NCBI GenBank assembly: GCA_019348255.1
Contig: JAHWJU010000004.1
Span: forward strand, 1 to 56,455
Length of the DNA stretch: 56,455 nt
Reading direction: 5' to 3'
Source: Actinomycetota bacterium
Lineage (GTDB): Bacteria > Actinomycetota > Acidimicrobiia > Acidimicrobiales > CADCTF01
Part shown: piece by piece, positions 1 through 12,718 of the stretch
How the letters are laid out: the number at the start of each line of letters is the position of its first letter
Numbering within the stretch: the first letter of the stretch is position 1
Made by a program: the position numbers and the translations under genes
Notes under the pieces: generated by a model
The model's database searches: none
Told to the model about the DNA's origin: nothing
The model's input: only the letters and a program-made list of their open reading frames with translations

Positions 1-1
1 C

Positions 2-124
2 CTCGACCTCATCCCCGAAGCCGACATCGAGGGCCTGCAGGAGCTCGCCGCCGCCCAGGCGGCCCAGGAGGGTGGCGAGGACGCCGCCGCAGCCGGCGAG
101 GCTGGCGGGGCGACCGAGAGCTGA
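2..124 (+). CDS. rplY: 50S ribosomal protein L25/Ctc, C-terminal tail (partial, starts before window)
   Basis: Open frame LDLIPEADIEGLQELAAAQAAQEGGEDAAAAGEAGGATES* ends 2 nt before pth. An acidic Ala/Glu tail and the rplY-pth order are typical. Confidence 0.6.
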   Translation, partial: LDLIPEADIEGLQELAAAQAAQEGGEDAAAAGEAGGATES

Positions 125-126
125 CC

Positions 127-774
127 ATGTTCCGCTCCGGCGAGGGCCGGAGGGGTACTCCCGCCCATCTGCTGGTGGTCGGCCTGGGGAATCCCGGCCC
201 GCAGTACGCGGGGACCCGTCACAACGTGGGCGCCGACGCGGTCGCCCTGCTCGCCGAGCGCCACGGGGGCCGGCTCCGGATGGCCAAGCGGGAGCGGGCG
301 TTGACCGACGAGGTCAGCCTGGGGTCCGGGCCTCCCCCCGGGCGGGGTGACGGCACCAAGCGCCTGGCCCTCGCCTTCCCCCAGACGTTCATGAACGACT
401 CCGGGATCTCGGTGGCGGCGCTCGTGCGGCGCTACGGGATCGACGATCCGGGGCGGCTGGTCGTCGTGCACGACGAGCTCGACCTTCCCCCCGGGCGGGT
501 GCGGGTGAAGCAAGGGGGAGGGCTGGCCGGCCACAACGGCCTCCGTTCGATCAAGGCCCACCTGAGCACCGACGTGTTCCTGCGGGTGCGCATCGGGATC
601 GGCAAGCCGCCGGGGCGCCAGCAGGGAGTGGACCATGTGCTGGCCCGGCCCTCGAAGGTGGAGCGGGAGGAGCTGGCCGTGGCCATCGAGGAGGCAGCCG
701 ACGCAGTGGAGATGATCGCCAGCCAGGGCGTGGCCGCCGCCATGAACCGCTTCAACGCTTCAGCTTCCAGCTGA
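127..774 (+). CDS. pth: Peptidyl-tRNA hydrolase
   Basis: LVVGLGNPG..YAGTRHNVG, PQTFMNDSG, VVHDELD, GGLAGHNGLRSI and RVRIGIG motifs. Confidence 0.97.
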   Translation: MFRSGEGRRGTPAHLLVVGLGNPGPQYAGTRHNVGADAVALLAERHGGRLRMAKRERALTDEVSLGSGPPPGRGDGTKRLALAFPQTFMNDSGISVAALVRRYGIDDPGRLVVVHDELDLPPGRVRVKQGGGLAGHNGLRSIKAHLSTDVFLRVRIGIGKPPGRQQGVDHVLARPSKVEREELAVAIEEAADAVEMIASQGVAAAMNRFNASASS

Positions 775-794
775 GGGGTATCGATAGCGGGACC

Positions 795-1895
795 ATGTCC
801 CGCGAGATGCTCGACGGCTACCTCACCCAGCTCCTGCTCGCGGGCGGCTCGGACCTGCACCTGCGGGTGGGCGGGCAGCCCCGCATCAGGATCAACGGGG
901 TGCTCGAGCCCCTGGCGGGAACCGAGGTGCTCAGGGAGCACGACACCGAGGCCATGGCGGCCGCGGCCATGCGGCCCAACCTGGTCGAGCGGTTCCAGCG
1001 GGGCGAAGAGGTCGATTTCGCCTACGCGCTGCCCGGCGGCCACGGTCGCTTCCGGGTCAACGCCTACCTCCAACGCGACACGGTGGCCCTCGTCTTCCGC
1101 ACCGTCGCCACCTGGGCCCGCACGATCGCCGACCTGGGCCTGCCGGACATCGTGCGGCGCTTCGCCGAGGAGCCGCGGGGCCTGGTGCTGGTGGCGGGTC
1201 CCACCGGTTCGGGCAAGACGACCACCTTGGCCGCCATGGTCGACCACATCAACCACACGCGCACGGTGCACATCGTGACCATCGAGGACCCGATCGAGGT
1301 CATGCACGTCGACGAGAACGCATCGATCAGCCAGCGCGAGCTCGGAGCCGACACGCCGAGCTTCGCATCGGCCATGCGGGCGTCGTTGCGCCAGGATCCC
1401 GACGTCATCCTCGTCGGGGAGATGCGCGACGCCGACACCGTGTCCACGGCGCTGCTGGCCGCCGAGACCGGGCACCTGGTCCTGTCGACGCTCCACACCA
1501 CCGACGCCACCGAGACGATCAGCCGAATCGTGGAGTTCTTCCCGCCGCACGAGCAGCGCCAGGTGCGCCTCGTCCTGGCCGGGGTGTTGCGGGGCACCAT
1601 CTGCCAGCGCCTGATCCCCACCCGCGAGGGAAGGGAGCGGGTGCCGGCGACGGAGATCATGGTCGTGAACGGACGCGTGCAGGACTGGATCGTGGGCGAC
1701 ACCGCCGGGCGCGGCGACGTGCAGGACATCATCGCCGAGGGCGACTACTACGGCATGCACACCTTCGACCAGTGCATCCTCGACCTCTACGAAAAGGGCG
1801 TGATCGACCGCCAAGGGGCGATGACCGCCTCCACCAGCCCCCACGACCTCACCGTCGAGTTGCGCCGCCGGGGGCTCGAGACCGGCCGGGGTTAG
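795..1895 (+). CDS. pilT: Type IV pilus retraction ATPase, PilT/PilU family (paralogue 1)
   Basis: GSDLHL, Walker A GPTGSGKTT, Asp box TIEDPIE, Walker B DPDVILVGEMRD, His box HLVLSTLHT, GMHTFDQ. Confidence 0.92.
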   Translation: MSREMLDGYLTQLLLAGGSDLHLRVGGQPRIRINGVLEPLAGTEVLREHDTEAMAAAAMRPNLVERFQRGEEVDFAYALPGGHGRFRVNAYLQRDTVALVFRTVATWARTIADLGLPDIVRRFAEEPRGLVLVAGPTGSGKTTTLAAMVDHINHTRTVHIVTIEDPIEVMHVDENASISQRELGADTPSFASAMRASLRQDPDVILVGEMRDADTVSTALLAAETGHLVLSTLHTTDATETISRIVEFFPPHEQRQVRLVLAGVLRGTICQRLIPTREGRERVPATEIMVVNGRVQDWIVGDTAGRGDVQDIIAEGDYYGMHTFDQCILDLYEKGVIDRQGAMTASTSPHDLTVELRRRGLETGRG

Positions 1896-1927
1896 GCGCC
1901 GGCGCGCCGATAACGTGGGCTCTCCCC

Positions 1928-4900
1928 ATGAGCCTGCACGCACTCCTGCCGCTGCTGCGAGACGAACCGGTGGTTCCCGCCATCCTCGGCTCCCCGAGCG
2001 CCGTGTTGGCCGTGCCCGAGCCGGCCCGGGCCTACGTCCTCGGGGGCCTGGCGACTCTGTCGGGCCGGCGGCCCTTCGTCGTGGCCGTCCCCACCACCAC
2101 CGACGCCGAGCGGCTGGCCCATGATCTTCGGGCCTTCCTCGGCGAGGACGAGGTGGAGTCGTTCCCGGCCTGGGAGACGCTGCCGTTCGAGCGGGTGAGC
2201 CCGAGCGTGGAGACGATGGGGAGGCGCCTGCGGGTCATGTGGCGACTCCGCAGGGGCGGCGACGCGGCCGCCGGCGGTGGTGCCGCCGGGGTGGCGCGGA
2301 TGCCCCGGGTCCTGGTGGCACCGGTGCGGGCGCTGGTGCAGCGGCTGGGGCCCCATGTGGAGGACGTGGAGCCGGTACGGGTGGCGCCCGGTGATCGCAT
2401 CGACCCCACCGAGCTCGTGCACCGGCTGGTGACCGCCGGGTACCGCCGCGAATACCAGGTCGAGCATCGCGGCGAGGTCGCGGTTCGGGGTTCCATCGTC
2501 GACGTGTTCCCGTCGACCGCGGACCGGCCCGTACGGGTCGACCTGTGGGGGGACGAGGTCGACCGGCTCACCGAGTTCGCGGTTGCCGACCAGCGGTCGA
2601 CGGCCGAGCTGGCCGGCGCCGAGATCTTCGGCTGCCGGGAGCTGCTGCCCACCCACGAGGTGCGGGAGCGGGCCGAGGCGTTGATCAGCCAGGAGCCCTG
2701 GGGCCGGGAGCAGTGGGAGCGCTTGTCGCTGGGGCAGACCTTCGACGGCATGGAGTCGTGGTTGCCGTGGCTCACCGAGGGCGAGCACGTGCTGTTGGAC
2801 CTCGTGGCCGACACCGCCCAGCTGGTCCTGGTCGAGCCCCGGCGGATGCGAGACCGCGCCGGAGAGCTGCTGGCCGAGGAGGAGTCGCTGGCGGCCAGCC
2901 TGGCCCAGACGTGGGGCGTGGAGGCGTCCAGGGCGCTCCCGCGACTCCATCTCCCCTTCGACCGCCTCCTCACCCACACCAAGGCGCCGGCGTGGGCGCT
3001 GAGCGGCGCCCCCGAGACTCCCGGTACGGCTGCCGTGCAGGCCACCGGCTGGGACCCGGTCGTGGGGGACGGTGGCCGGCTGGTCAAGCAACTGGCGGAA
3101 CTGCGGTCCGAGGGTTACCGGGTGACGGTGTGCGCCGAGGGCAGCGGCACGGGCGCCCGCATCGCCGCCAGCCTCAGCGACTCCGGCCTCACCGTCCCCT
3201 TCCACGACGGCACCACCGACCGGGCGGCACTCGATCGGGAGCTGGTCCAGCCCGGCATCCGCGTCGTCGTTCAACCCCTCGACCGGGGCTTCGTCCTCCC
3301 GGGGGCGAAGCTGGCGGTGCTGGCCGAGAGCGACGTCACGGGCCGCCGGCGGGCCCACCGCCGCGCCCGGCCCCGGCGGGCCAGTGAAGGCTTCTTCGAC
3401 GACCTCAAGGCCGGCGACTACGTCGTGCACCACCAGCACGGCGTGGCCCGCTACGGCGGCATGGTCAAGCGGGCCATCGGTGGCGCTGAACGCGACTACC
3501 TGTTGCTCGAGTACCGCGGGGGCGACCGGCTCTACGTTCCGTCCGACCAGATCGACGCCGTCCGCCACTACACCGGCGGAGAGACCCCGAGCCTCAACAA
3601 GCTGGGTGGATCGGACTGGCAGAAGACCAAGGCCCGGGTACGCAGCGAGGTGCGCCGCATCGCCCAGGAGCTGGTGGTGCTGTACCGGCGCCGCGTCACC
3701 AGCGAGGGCCACGCCTTCGCGCCTGACACGCCATGGCAGCGGGAGCTGGAGGAGGCGTTCCCGTACCAGGAGACGCCCGACCAGCTCAAGGCCGTCGCCG
3801 AGGTGAAGGAGGACATGGAGGAGCCCCGGCCGATGGACCGGTTGATCTGCGGCGACGTCGGCTTCGGCAAGACCGAGGTGGCCATCCGGGCCGTTTTCAA
3901 GGCGATCCAGGACGGCAAGCAGGCCGCCGTCCTCGTGCCGACGACGCTCTTGGCCAGCCAGCACCACCAGACGTTCTCCGACCGTTTCGCCGGGTACCCG
4001 ATCCGGGTGGAGATGCTGTCGCGCTTCCTCACCCCGGGCCAGGCCAGGAAGGTGTCGAACGGCATCAGCGACGGCAGCGTCGACCTCGTGATCGGGACCC
4101 ACCGTCTCCTGTCGCCCGACCTGCGGTTCAAGGACCTGGGGCTGTTGGTGGTGGACGAGGAGCAGCGCTTCGGGGTGACCCACAAAGAGGCCATCAAGCA
4201 GCTGCGTACCAACGTGGATGTCTTGACGCTGTCCGCCACCCCCATCCCCCGCACACTGGAGATGAGCCTCACCGGCATCCGGGACCTCACGCTGTTGCAC
4301 ACGCCGCCGGCCGAGCGCCAGCCGATCCTCACCTATGTGGGCGAGTACGACGAGCGGGCCGTGGGCGAGGCGATCCGCCGCGAGTTGCTGCGGGAGGGGC
4401 AGGTCTTCTTCGTGCACAACCGGGTGATGGACATCGACCGGGTGGCGGCGCGGCTGGCTGAGCTGGTGCCCGAGGCGCGGGTGGCGGTGGCCCACGGCCA
4501 GATGGACGAGGGCAGCCTCGAGAAGGTGGTGCTCGACTTCTGGGAGGGGCACTACGACGTGCTCGTCTGCACCACCATCATCGAATCGGGCATCGACATG
4601 CCGACCGTCAACACCCTCGTGGTCGACCGCGCCGACATCATGGGGCTCGGTCAGCTGCACCAGCTCCGGGGCCGCGTGGGGCGGGCGGGCCAGCGGGCCT
4701 ACGCCTACCTGTTCTTCCCGCCTGAGCGGGCGCTCACCGAGGAGGCCTACGAGCGGCTCAAGACCATCGGGGAGCACACCGAGCTCGGCTCTGGCTTCAA
4801 GATCGCCATGCGGGACCTGGAGATCCGCGGCGCCGGCAACCTGTTGGGCGAGACGCAGAGCGGGCACATCGCCGCCGTGGGCTACGACCTGTACGTGCAG

Positions 4901-5398
4901 ATGGTGAGCGAGGCGGTGGCCGAGCTCAAGGGTGAGGAGCGGCGCGAGCCGGCCGAGATCAAGCTCGACCTGCCGATGAACGCATCCCTCCCCGCCGACT
5001 ACGTGGGGAAGGAGGAGCTGCGGCTCGAGGCTTACCGCCGGCTGGCGGCAGTGACCACGGAGGCGGAGGTGGAGGACATCGAGCAGGAGTGGCTGGATCG
5101 CTACGGCCCGATTCCCGACGTCGCCCGGGCCCTGCTCGAAGTGGGCCGGCTGCGAGCCGAGTGCGCGCGCACCGGCGTGAGGGAGGTGGCCGTGGCCCGC
5201 GACGTGGCCCGGATGTCGCCGCTCGTGCTCAAGGCCAGCCAGGCCATCCGGCTCCGGCGGCTGTACCCGAAGGCCGTCTACAAAGAGGACCTCGAACAGC
5301 TCGTGCTCCCGCTGGCGCGGGGAGCCCCGCCGGCGCAGTCCGTGAGGGAGCTGCTGGCTGTGGTGGTCCCCGCCGAAGCCGCGCCGGTAGCATCCTGA
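1928..5398 (+). CDS. mfd: Transcription-repair coupling factor
   Basis: UvrB-like N-terminus ([14 protein letters not shown]), CarD/RID domain ([10 protein letters not shown]), [30 protein letters not shown]-terminus. Start taken at ATG 1928. Confidence 0.97.
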   Translation: MSLHALLPLLRDEPVVPAILGSPSAVLAVPEPARAYVLGGLATLSGRRPFVVAVPTTTDAERLAHDLRAFLGEDEVESFPAWETLPFERVSPSVETMGRRLRVMWRLRRGGDAAAGGGAAGVARMPRVLVAPVRALVQRLGPHVEDVEPVRVAPGDRIDPTELVHRLVTAGYRREYQVEHRGEVAVRGSIVDVFPSTADRPVRVDLWGDEVDRLTEFAVADQRSTAELAGAEIFGCRELLPTHEVRERAEALISQEPWGREQWERLSLGQTFDGMESWLPWLTEGEHVLLDLVADTAQLVLVEPRRMRDRAGELLAEEESLAASLAQTWGVEASRALPRLHLPFDRLLTHTKAPAWALSGAPETPGTAAVQATGWDPVVGDGGRLVKQLAELRSEGYRVTVCAEGSGTGARIAASLSDSGLTVPFHDGTTDRAALDRELVQPGIRVVVQPLDRGFVLPGAKLAVLAESDVTGRRRAHRRARPRRASEGFFDDLKAGDYVVHHQHGVARYGGMVKRAIGGAERDYLLLEYRGGDRLYVPSDQIDAVRHYTGGETPSLNKLGGSDWQKTKARVRSEVRRIAQELVVLYRRRVTSEGHAFAPDTPWQRELEEAFPYQETPDQLKAVAEVKEDMEEPRPMDRLICGDVGFGKTEVAIRAVFKAIQDGKQAAVLVPTTLLASQHHQTFSDRFAGYPIRVEMLSRFLTPGQARKVSNGISDGSVDLVIGTHRLLSPDLRFKDLGLLVVDEEQRFGVTHKEAIKQLRTNVDVLTLSATPIPRTLEMSLTGIRDLTLLHTPPAERQPILTYVGEYDERAVGEAIRRELLREGQVFFVHNRVMDIDRVAARLAELVPEARVAVAHGQMDEGSLEKVVLDFWEGHYDVLVCTTIIESGIDMPTVNTLVVDRADIMGLGQLHQLRGRVGRAGQRAYAYLFFPPERALTEEAYERLKTIGEHTELGSGFKIAMRDLEIRGAGNLLGETQSGHIAAVGYDLYVQMVSEAVAELKGEERREPAEIKLDLPMNASLPADYVGKEELRLEAYRRLAAVTTEAEVEDIEQEWLDRYGPIPDVARALLEVGRLRAECARTGVREVAVARDVARMSPLVLKASQAIRLRRLYPKAVYKEDLEQLVLPLARGAPPAQSVRELLAVVVPAEAAPVAS

Positions 5399-5403
5399 GC
5401 TTG

Positions 5404-6492
5404 GTGCGCCGCCTGCTTCTTTTGGTCCTGCTCGTCGCGCTCGTGGGCCTCCCGGCCTGCGGGAACACGCTGCGCCCGCCGGCGGCCACCGTCAACGGCC
5501 ACGTCATCTCCGAAGAAGCGCTGGAGGAGGAGGTGCGGGCGATCCAGTCCAACCCCCAGTACGTGGAGGCCATCGAGCAGGCGGGCCGCAGGGTGCGCGG
5601 GTCGGGCCCCGGCACCGTCGACTCGGGCTTCGTGGCGGCCCTGCTCAGCCGCCAGATCTTCTTGGAGCTGGTCCACCAGGAGCTGGTGCGGCGCAAGGCC
5701 CAGCCGACCGCGGCCGACCTGGCCGCGGCCAGGTCCGAAGCGGTGCAGAGCGTCGGCGACGCCGCCGTGTTCGCCAAGTTCCCGGGGCCGTATCAACAGA
5801 CGCTCGTACGGCGCAGCGCCGAGGTCGCCAAGCTGGTGGGTGAGCTGAGCGAGGTGCAGGCCGATGATGCCGCCGTCAAGAAGTTCTACGAAGAGAACCC
5901 GGAGCTGTTCGCCCAGACCTGCACCAGCCACATCCTCTTCGCCGTCCCCGGGCCCGGCGGCCAGATCGATCAGCAGGCGACGGCGGCCCAAGCCGCAGCC
6001 CTGCGGGCCCAGGCCGAGTCGGTGCGGGCGGAGCTGGCCGCCGGCGCCGACTTCGCGGCGCTGGCCAAGCAGCATTCCCAGGATGCCAGCAACCGCGACC
6101 GGGGCGGCGACCTCGGATGCGGGGCCAGCGGCCGCTTCGTGCCCGAGTTCGAGCGGGCCATGGAGGCGCTGGCGGTGGGAGAGGTGAGCCAGCCCGTGCA
6201 GACGCAGTTCGGTTGGCACCTGATCACCGTCACCAGCCGGGAGCCCCAGACGCTGGAGCAGGCGAGCGCCCAGATCCGCCAACGCCTCCAGAGCGACCAA
6301 GAAGAGGGGATCAGCGAGTTCCTCAGGCTGGCCGTGACCAGGGCCAAGGTGACGGTGAATCCCCGCTACGGCCGTTTCGACAAGGGCGAGGGCGGTCAGG
6401 CTCCGGGGATCGTGACGCCGGATGCCCCCACCACGACCGAGGCCGGCGGTGGGGGCGCCAACCAGCAGGCTCCTCCATTCCTGACCCCCTGA
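5404..6492 (+). CDS. PrsA/SurA-like parvulin peptidyl-prolyl isomerase lipoprotein
   Basis: Signal peptide [20 protein letters not shown] with lipobox; parvulin motifs [38 protein letters not shown]. Start GTG 5404 or TTG 5401. Confidence 0.88.
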   Translation: MRRLLLLVLLVALVGLPACGNTLRPPAATVNGHVISEEALEEEVRAIQSNPQYVEAIEQAGRRVRGSGPGTVDSGFVAALLSRQIFLELVHQELVRRKAQPTAADLAAARSEAVQSVGDAAVFAKFPGPYQQTLVRRSAEVAKLVGELSEVQADDAAVKKFYEENPELFAQTCTSHILFAVPGPGGQIDQQATAAQAAALRAQAESVRAELAAGADFAALAKQHSQDASNRDRGGDLGCGASGRFVPEFERAMEALAVGEVSQPVQTQFGWHLITVTSREPQTLEQASAQIRQRLQSDQEEGISEFLRLAVTRAKVTVNPRYGRFDKGEGGQAPGIVTPDAPTTTEAGGGGANQQAPPFLTP

Positions 6493-7931
6493 CGCCCGAG
6501 CCGGCCGCCCGGGGTCGGGTCGTGGTCGTGGGGCTGGGACCGGCCGGCGCCGATCTGGTCACGACCGGCGTGCTGCAGGCCATCGAGCGGGTGCCGGTGC
6601 GGTTCCTGCGCACGGCCCGCCATCCCTCGGCCGCGGTCGTTCCCGGGGCCGTCGCCTTCGACCACCTCTACGACGAGGCGAGCGACCTGGAGGGCGTCTA
6701 CACCGGCATCGTGAGCCGGCTGGTCACCGCCGCCGCTGAGGCACAAGAGGTGCTCTACGCCGTACCCGGCTCCCCGGTGGTGGCGGAGCGCACGGTGGAG
6801 CTGCTGCTGGCCGACCCCCGGGTGGAGGTGGAGGTCGTCCCCGCCCTGTCGTTCCTCGACCTGGCGTGGGCGCGGCTCGGGGTCGATCCGGTGGCGGCCG
6901 GGGTGCGGGTGGTGGACGGCCATCGCTTCGCGGTGGAGGCGGCCGGGGAGCGGGGACCGCTGCTGGTGGCCCAGTGCGACTCGAGGTGGGTGCTGTCGGA
7001 GGTGAAGCTGGCGGTGGAGGATGCCGAGCCGGCGACGGTGACCGTCCTGCAGCGCCTGGGTCTGACCGACGAGCACGTGAGGACGATCGCCTGGAACGAT
7101 CTCGACCGGGAGATCGTGCCCGACCACCTGACCAGCCTGTGGGTGCCTGAGCTGAACGCACCGGTGGCCCATGAGCTGGCGGGCTTCGCCGCCGTCGTGC
7201 GCACCCTGCGGGAGCGCTGCCCGTGGGACCGCGAGCAGACCCACGCCAGCTTGACCCGCTACGTGCTGGAGGAGGCCTACGAGGTGGTGGAGGCCATCGA
7301 CGGCGGGGACCCGGCTCTGCTGGCCGAGGAGCTGGGCGACCTGCTGCTCCAGGTCTTCCTGCACGCCACCATCGCCGCCCAGGCCGGCGATTTCACCGTG
7401 GCCGACGTGGCGCGCGGCATCAGCGACAAGATGGTCCGCCGGCACCCCCATGTCTTCGGTGACGTCGCCGTCGACAGCGTCGAGGATGTCCGGCGCAACT
7501 GGGAGACCATCAAGCGGGCGGAGAAGGGCCCGCCGGCGGGAGGGGCCCTGGCCGGCGTGGACGGGTCGCTGCCCGCCCTGCTCTACGCGGCCAAGCTGGG
7601 CAAGCGGGCGGCGGGGGTGGGCTTCGACTGGCAGTCGCCCGACCCCGTCTTCGCCAAGGTCGAAGAGGAGCTGGCCGAGCTGCGGGCCGCCGCCTCGGCC
7701 GACGAGCTGGGCGACCTGCTCTTCGCGGTGGTGAACCTGGCCCGGCATCTGGGCCACGACCCCGAGGCGGCCCTGCGGGCGGCGGCGGCCAAGTTCCGCC
7801 GGCGCTTCGAGGTGGTCGAGCGCCTGGCCGCCGAGCGTGGGCTGGAGCTGGCCGGCGCCGGCGAGGCGCGGCTGGACGAGCTGTGGGAGGAGGCCAAGCG
7901 CGGCGCCGGCCCAGGGCCGGCGCCGGCCTGA
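6489..7931 (+). CDS. mazG: Tetrapyrrole methylase-like / MazG nucleoside triphosphate pyrophosphohydrolase fusion (YabN-like)
   Basis: VVGLGPAG and [12 protein letters not shown]-domain; MazG motifs [37 protein letters not shown]. Start uncertain (CTG 6489 or GTG 6522). Confidence 0.9.
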   Translation: MTPEPAARGRVVVVGLGPAGADLVTTGVLQAIERVPVRFLRTARHPSAAVVPGAVAFDHLYDEASDLEGVYTGIVSRLVTAAAEAQEVLYAVPGSPVVAERTVELLLADPRVEVEVVPALSFLDLAWARLGVDPVAAGVRVVDGHRFAVEAAGERGPLLVAQCDSRWVLSEVKLAVEDAEPATVTVLQRLGLTDEHVRTIAWNDLDREIVPDHLTSLWVPELNAPVAHELAGFAAVVRTLRERCPWDREQTHASLTRYVLEEAYEVVEAIDGGDPALLAEELGDLLLQVFLHATIAAQAGDFTVADVARGISDKMVRRHPHVFGDVAVDSVEDVRRNWETIKRAEKGPPAGGALAGVDGSLPALLYAAKLGKRAAGVGFDWQSPDPVFAKVEEELAELRAAASADELGDLLFAVVNLARHLGHDPEAALRAAAAKFRRRFEVVERLAAERGLELAGAGEARLDELWEEAKRGAGPGPAPA

Positions 7932-9299
<1,368 letters not shown>

Positions 9300-9307
9300 G
9301 GACCGGC

Positions 9308-9679
9308 GTGAGCCTGCGGCGCCGGCTCTGGCCGCTCCTGGCGTCGCTGGTGCTGGTCGGCTTCCTCTTCGCCGTCGTCATGCCGACGCGCACCTTCTTC
9401 AACCAGCGGGGCGAGATCGCCGCCGAGGAGGCCAAGGTCGAGGTCCTCACCCGGGAGAACCAGCGCCTCGCCTCCCGGGTCCGTCAGCTGCACACCGATT
9501 CCGAGATCGAGCGGTTGGCCCGGGAGCAGTACAACCTGGTGCGGCCCGGTGAGGAGGCCTATGCCATCCTCCCCGGACCGGTCGACGTCGAAGGCGAGAG
9601 TGGACCGGTCGAACCGCCGGCGCCGGCACCCCCGTCGCGCTGGCAGCGGGTGTGGGATTCCATCACCTTCTGGGACTGA
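9308..9679 (+). CDS. ftsB: Septum formation initiator FtsB/DivIC family protein
   Basis: N-terminal TM, coiled coil, IERLAREQYNLVRPGE motif; directly after eno. Confidence 0.85.
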   Translation: MSLRRRLWPLLASLVLVGFLFAVVMPTRTFFNQRGEIAAEEAKVEVLTRENQRLASRVRQLHTDSEIERLAREQYNLVRPGEEAYAILPGPVDVEGESGPVEPPAPAPPSRWQRVWDSITFWD

Positions 9680-9722
9680 GGGCGGGCCGACAAGGAGCGG
9701 CGAGAACCTACGCTGATCGCTC

Positions 9723-10718
9723 ATGTCCAAGCCTGCCGGCGCGGCGTCGCCGCGTGCGGCCAACGTCGAGGTGCGGGGCCTGGTGCGCAGGTTCGGCTCC
9801 ATCACCGCCGTCGACGGCGTCGACCTCGACGTCGCGGAAGGCGAGGTGTTCGGGTTCCTCGGTCCCAACGGCGCCGGCAAGTCGACCATGGTGCGGATGC
9901 TGGTCACCCTGTTGCGACCTTCGGCCGGCGCGGCCCGGGTGGCCGGGTACGACGTGGTGAAGGAGGCGGCAAAGGTACGCCGCGTCATCGGCGTCGCGTT
10001 GCAGGACGCCGCCCTGGACCCGCTCATGACGGGCCGCGAGCTCCTGAGGCTGCAGGCCACGCTCCACGGCATCCCCCGCGGCCACGTGGAAGCCAGGGGC
10101 GGAGAGCTGCTCGAGCGGGTGGGGCTGACCGCCGCCGCCGATCGCCGGGTGGGCACCTACTCCGGCGGCATGCGCCGGCGGCTCGACCTGGCCATGGCGC
10201 TCATCCACGAGCCGGCGGTGCTCTTCCTGGACGAGCCGACGACCGGGCTCGATCCCATGAGCAGGATCTCGCTGTGGGAGGAGGTCCGCCGGCTCAACAT
10301 CGACCATGGCACCACGGTCTTCCTGACCACCCAGTACCTGGAGGAGGCCGACGAGCTGGCCCAGCGGGTAGCCATCATCGACCGGGGGCGGATCGTGCGG
10401 GAGGGGCCCCCGGCCGAGCTCAAGGCTCAGGTGGGGGAGCCGACCCTGCAGGTCGTGGTGCCCGAGGGCGACCTGGAGAGGGCGGCGGAGGTGCTGCGCC
10501 ACTTCGGTGAGCCCGCTCCGGCCAGGCCGGACAGCCTGGCCGTCCATCTGGCCGGCGGGGCCGCGGGGTTGGCCGCCGTGGTCAGAGCTCTCGATGAGCG
10601 GGGAGTGCAGCCGGTTTCGATGGAGCTGACGGCCCCCAGCCTGGACGACGTGTTCGTCGAAGCCACGGGCCGGCGCCTGGAGGGGGCACAGGCCGATCCG
10701 GCTGTGCCGGCTCCGTGA
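9723..10718 (+). CDS. ABC exporter ATP-binding subunit (DrrA-like)
   Basis: GPNGAGKST, YSGGMRRRL, LFLDEPT, LTTQYLEEA, C-terminal PSLDDVF. Confidence 0.93.
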   Translation: MSKPAGAASPRAANVEVRGLVRRFGSITAVDGVDLDVAEGEVFGFLGPNGAGKSTMVRMLVTLLRPSAGAARVAGYDVVKEAAKVRRVIGVALQDAALDPLMTGRELLRLQATLHGIPRGHVEARGGELLERVGLTAAADRRVGTYSGGMRRRLDLAMALIHEPAVLFLDEPTTGLDPMSRISLWEEVRRLNIDHGTTVFLTTQYLEEADELAQRVAIIDRGRIVREGPPAELKAQVGEPTLQVVVPEGDLERAAEVLRHFGEPAPARPDSLAVHLAGGAAGLAAVVRALDERGVQPVSMELTAPSLDDVFVEATGRRLEGAQADPAVPAP

Positions 10719-11482
10719 GCGCCGGCGGGGTGGTGAGCCTGTCCCGACGCTCTATCTCCAACACGCTCCGCCAGCCCCAGATGTGGGTCCCGTCCATGGC
10801 GTTCCCCCTCATCTTCACCGCCCTCAACACCGGCGCCATGGGAAGGGCCACCCGGCTGCCCGGCTTCCCCGCCGAGTCGTTCCTCGACTTCGCGGTGGCC
10901 ACGGCAGTTGTTCAAGGCGTGCTGTTCGGTGCCACCGCCGGCGGCAGTGACATGGCCGTGGACATCCAGGACGGGTTCTTCGACCGGCTCGTCTCCTCCC
11001 CCGTCTCGCGTCCCACGATCGTGCTGGCCCGGCTGGCCGGCGCGGCTGTCCTGGGCGCCGTCCAGTCCCTCGTCTTCATGGCCATCCTCACCGCCTTCGG
11101 GGCCCAGGTGCGGGGCGGGGCCCCGGCGGTGTTGACCATCGTGGCGGTGGCGATGCTGCTGGCCATGGCCATCGGCGGGTTGTCCGTCGCCATTGCGCTC
11201 AAGACCGGCTCGTCGGAAGTGGTGCAGGCCGCCTTCCCGGTGTTCTTCATCTCGCTGTTCACCTCGTCGGCCTTCTTCCCCCGCGAGCTCATGTCCGGCT
11301 GGTTCAAGACGGTCGCTTCGGTGAACCCGCTTTCGTTCATGATCGAGTCGGTCCGCGCCCTCATCATCGGGGGCTTCCACGTCGGCGACGCCATGAGGGC
11401 TCTGGCCATCGTGGCCGCCCTGGCCGGCGTCTCGCTGCTGCTGTCCCTTAGGGCCTTGCGATCACGACTGGCGGCGGGGTGA
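10715..11482 (+). CDS. ABC-2 type exporter permease
   Basis: About 6 hydrophobic segments, DIQDGFFDRLVSSPVSR, NPLS; GTGA overlap with the ATPase gene. Confidence 0.9.
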   Translation: MSAGGVVSLSRRSISNTLRQPQMWVPSMAFPLIFTALNTGAMGRATRLPGFPAESFLDFAVATAVVQGVLFGATAGGSDMAVDIQDGFFDRLVSSPVSRPTIVLARLAGAAVLGAVQSLVFMAILTAFGAQVRGGAPAVLTIVAVAMLLAMAIGGLSVAIALKTGSSEVVQAAFPVFFISLFTSSAFFPRELMSGWFKTVASVNPLSFMIESVRALIIGGFHVGDAMRALAIVAALAGVSLLLSLRALRSRLAAG

Positions 11483-12243
11483 ACAGCCTCGGCATCGCCC
11501 TGTCGCTGGCCGGGCGCAACCTCCTCTTGATGCGACGCATCCCGTCGGTGGTGGTGCCCTCGCTGGTGTTCCCCATCTTCGTCGTGATCGCCTTCAGCGG
11601 CGCCTACAGCGCCCTCACCAGGCTGCCCGGCTTCCCGGTCGACAAGATGATCGATTGGATACTGCCCATGGCCGTGGTGCAGAGCTCGGCCTTCGGCGGA
11701 GTCAACGTCGGGCTCAGCCTCGTCCGCGACCTGCAGGGCGGCTTCTTCGACCGTCTCCTGCTCGCACCCGTCTCGCGGGCCTCTCTGGTGGCGGGTCCCA
11801 TCCTGGGCGCAGTGGTTCGTGCCTTCGTCCCGCTGGCGGTGGTACTCGCCACCGGTTTGGCGGCAGGGGCGCGGCCCCGCGGCGGGCCGGCCGGGCTGCT
11901 GATGCTGCTGGTGGCGGCCGAGGGAGTGGCGGTGATCGCCGCCGGCTGGGGCGTCGGTCTGGCCCTGAGACTGCGCGACCAGCGGGCCGCCCCGCTGATG
12001 CAGGTCGGCATCTTCCTCACCGTCTTCCTGTCGACCGCGCAGGTACCGTTGGCGGTCATGTCCGGGTGGCTGCGCACGGTGGCCACCCTCAACCCGATGA
12101 CCAGCATCCTGGCGCTGGGACGCCAGGGGTTCATCGGGCCGGTCAGCTGGGCCCAGACCTGGCCCGGTCTGGTGGCGCTGGCCGGCGGCATCGCGGTGCT
12201 GGGGACGTTCGCGGTTCGGGGTCTCGCCGTTGCCGAGCAGTGA
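11479..12243 (+). CDS. ABC-2 type exporter permease (second, paralogous)
   Basis: Multi-TM; DLQGGFFDRLLLAPVSR, LNPMT; GTGA overlap. Confidence 0.9.
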   Translation: MNSLGIALSLAGRNLLLMRRIPSVVVPSLVFPIFVVIAFSGAYSALTRLPGFPVDKMIDWILPMAVVQSSAFGGVNVGLSLVRDLQGGFFDRLLLAPVSRASLVAGPILGAVVRAFVPLAVVLATGLAAGARPRGGPAGLLMLLVAAEGVAVIAAGWGVGLALRLRDQRAAPLMQVGIFLTVFLSTAQVPLAVMSGWLRTVATLNPMTSILALGRQGFIGPVSWAQTWPGLVALAGGIAVLGTFAVRGLAVAEQ

Positions 12244-12718
12244 GGGCGCCCGAACCGGCGCCCAGCAGGCACCGGGGGCTGACGACGCGGCCCGGGTGGC
12301 GCGGCTCCTGGGGCGGCCTCCACAGGGAAGCTTCGAGGTGGTGGTGCGCGATGCGTCCTCCGAGCCGGTGGTCATCCGCAACGCCCCCGTCCTCGACGAC
12401 GGGCGCCCCATGCCCACCCGCTACTGGCTGGTAGCCGCCGAGCTGCGGGCTGCGGTGAGCCGTCTCGAGTCCGCAGGAGGCGTGAGGGCCGCCGAAGCCG
12501 CCGTCGACGCCGAGGCTCTCGCGGAGGCCCACCGCCGTTACGCGGCCGAGCGGGATGCGGCCTTGCCAGCGTCGTGGACCGGCCTTCGCCCCAGCGGAGG
12601 GGTCGGAGGTACCCGCCGGGGCGTGAAGTGCCTCCACGCCCACTACGCCTGGTTCCTCGCCGGCGGCGACGATCCCGTGGGCCGATGGGTGCACGCCCAC
12701 CTGGGTGATCAGCCGTGA
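12230..12718 (+). CDS. DUF501 domain protein (Rv1025-like)
   Basis: DDGRPMPTRYWL, SGGVGG..RGVKCLHAHYA, DPVG; canonical position before ppx. Confidence 0.9.
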   Translation: MPSSEGARTGAQQAPGADDAARVARLLGRPPQGSFEVVVRDASSEPVVIRNAPVLDDGRPMPTRYWLVAAELRAAVSRLESAGGVRAAEAAVDAEALAEAHRRYAAERDAALPASWTGLRPSGGVGGTRRGVKCLHAHYAWFLAGGDDPVGRWVHAHLGDQP

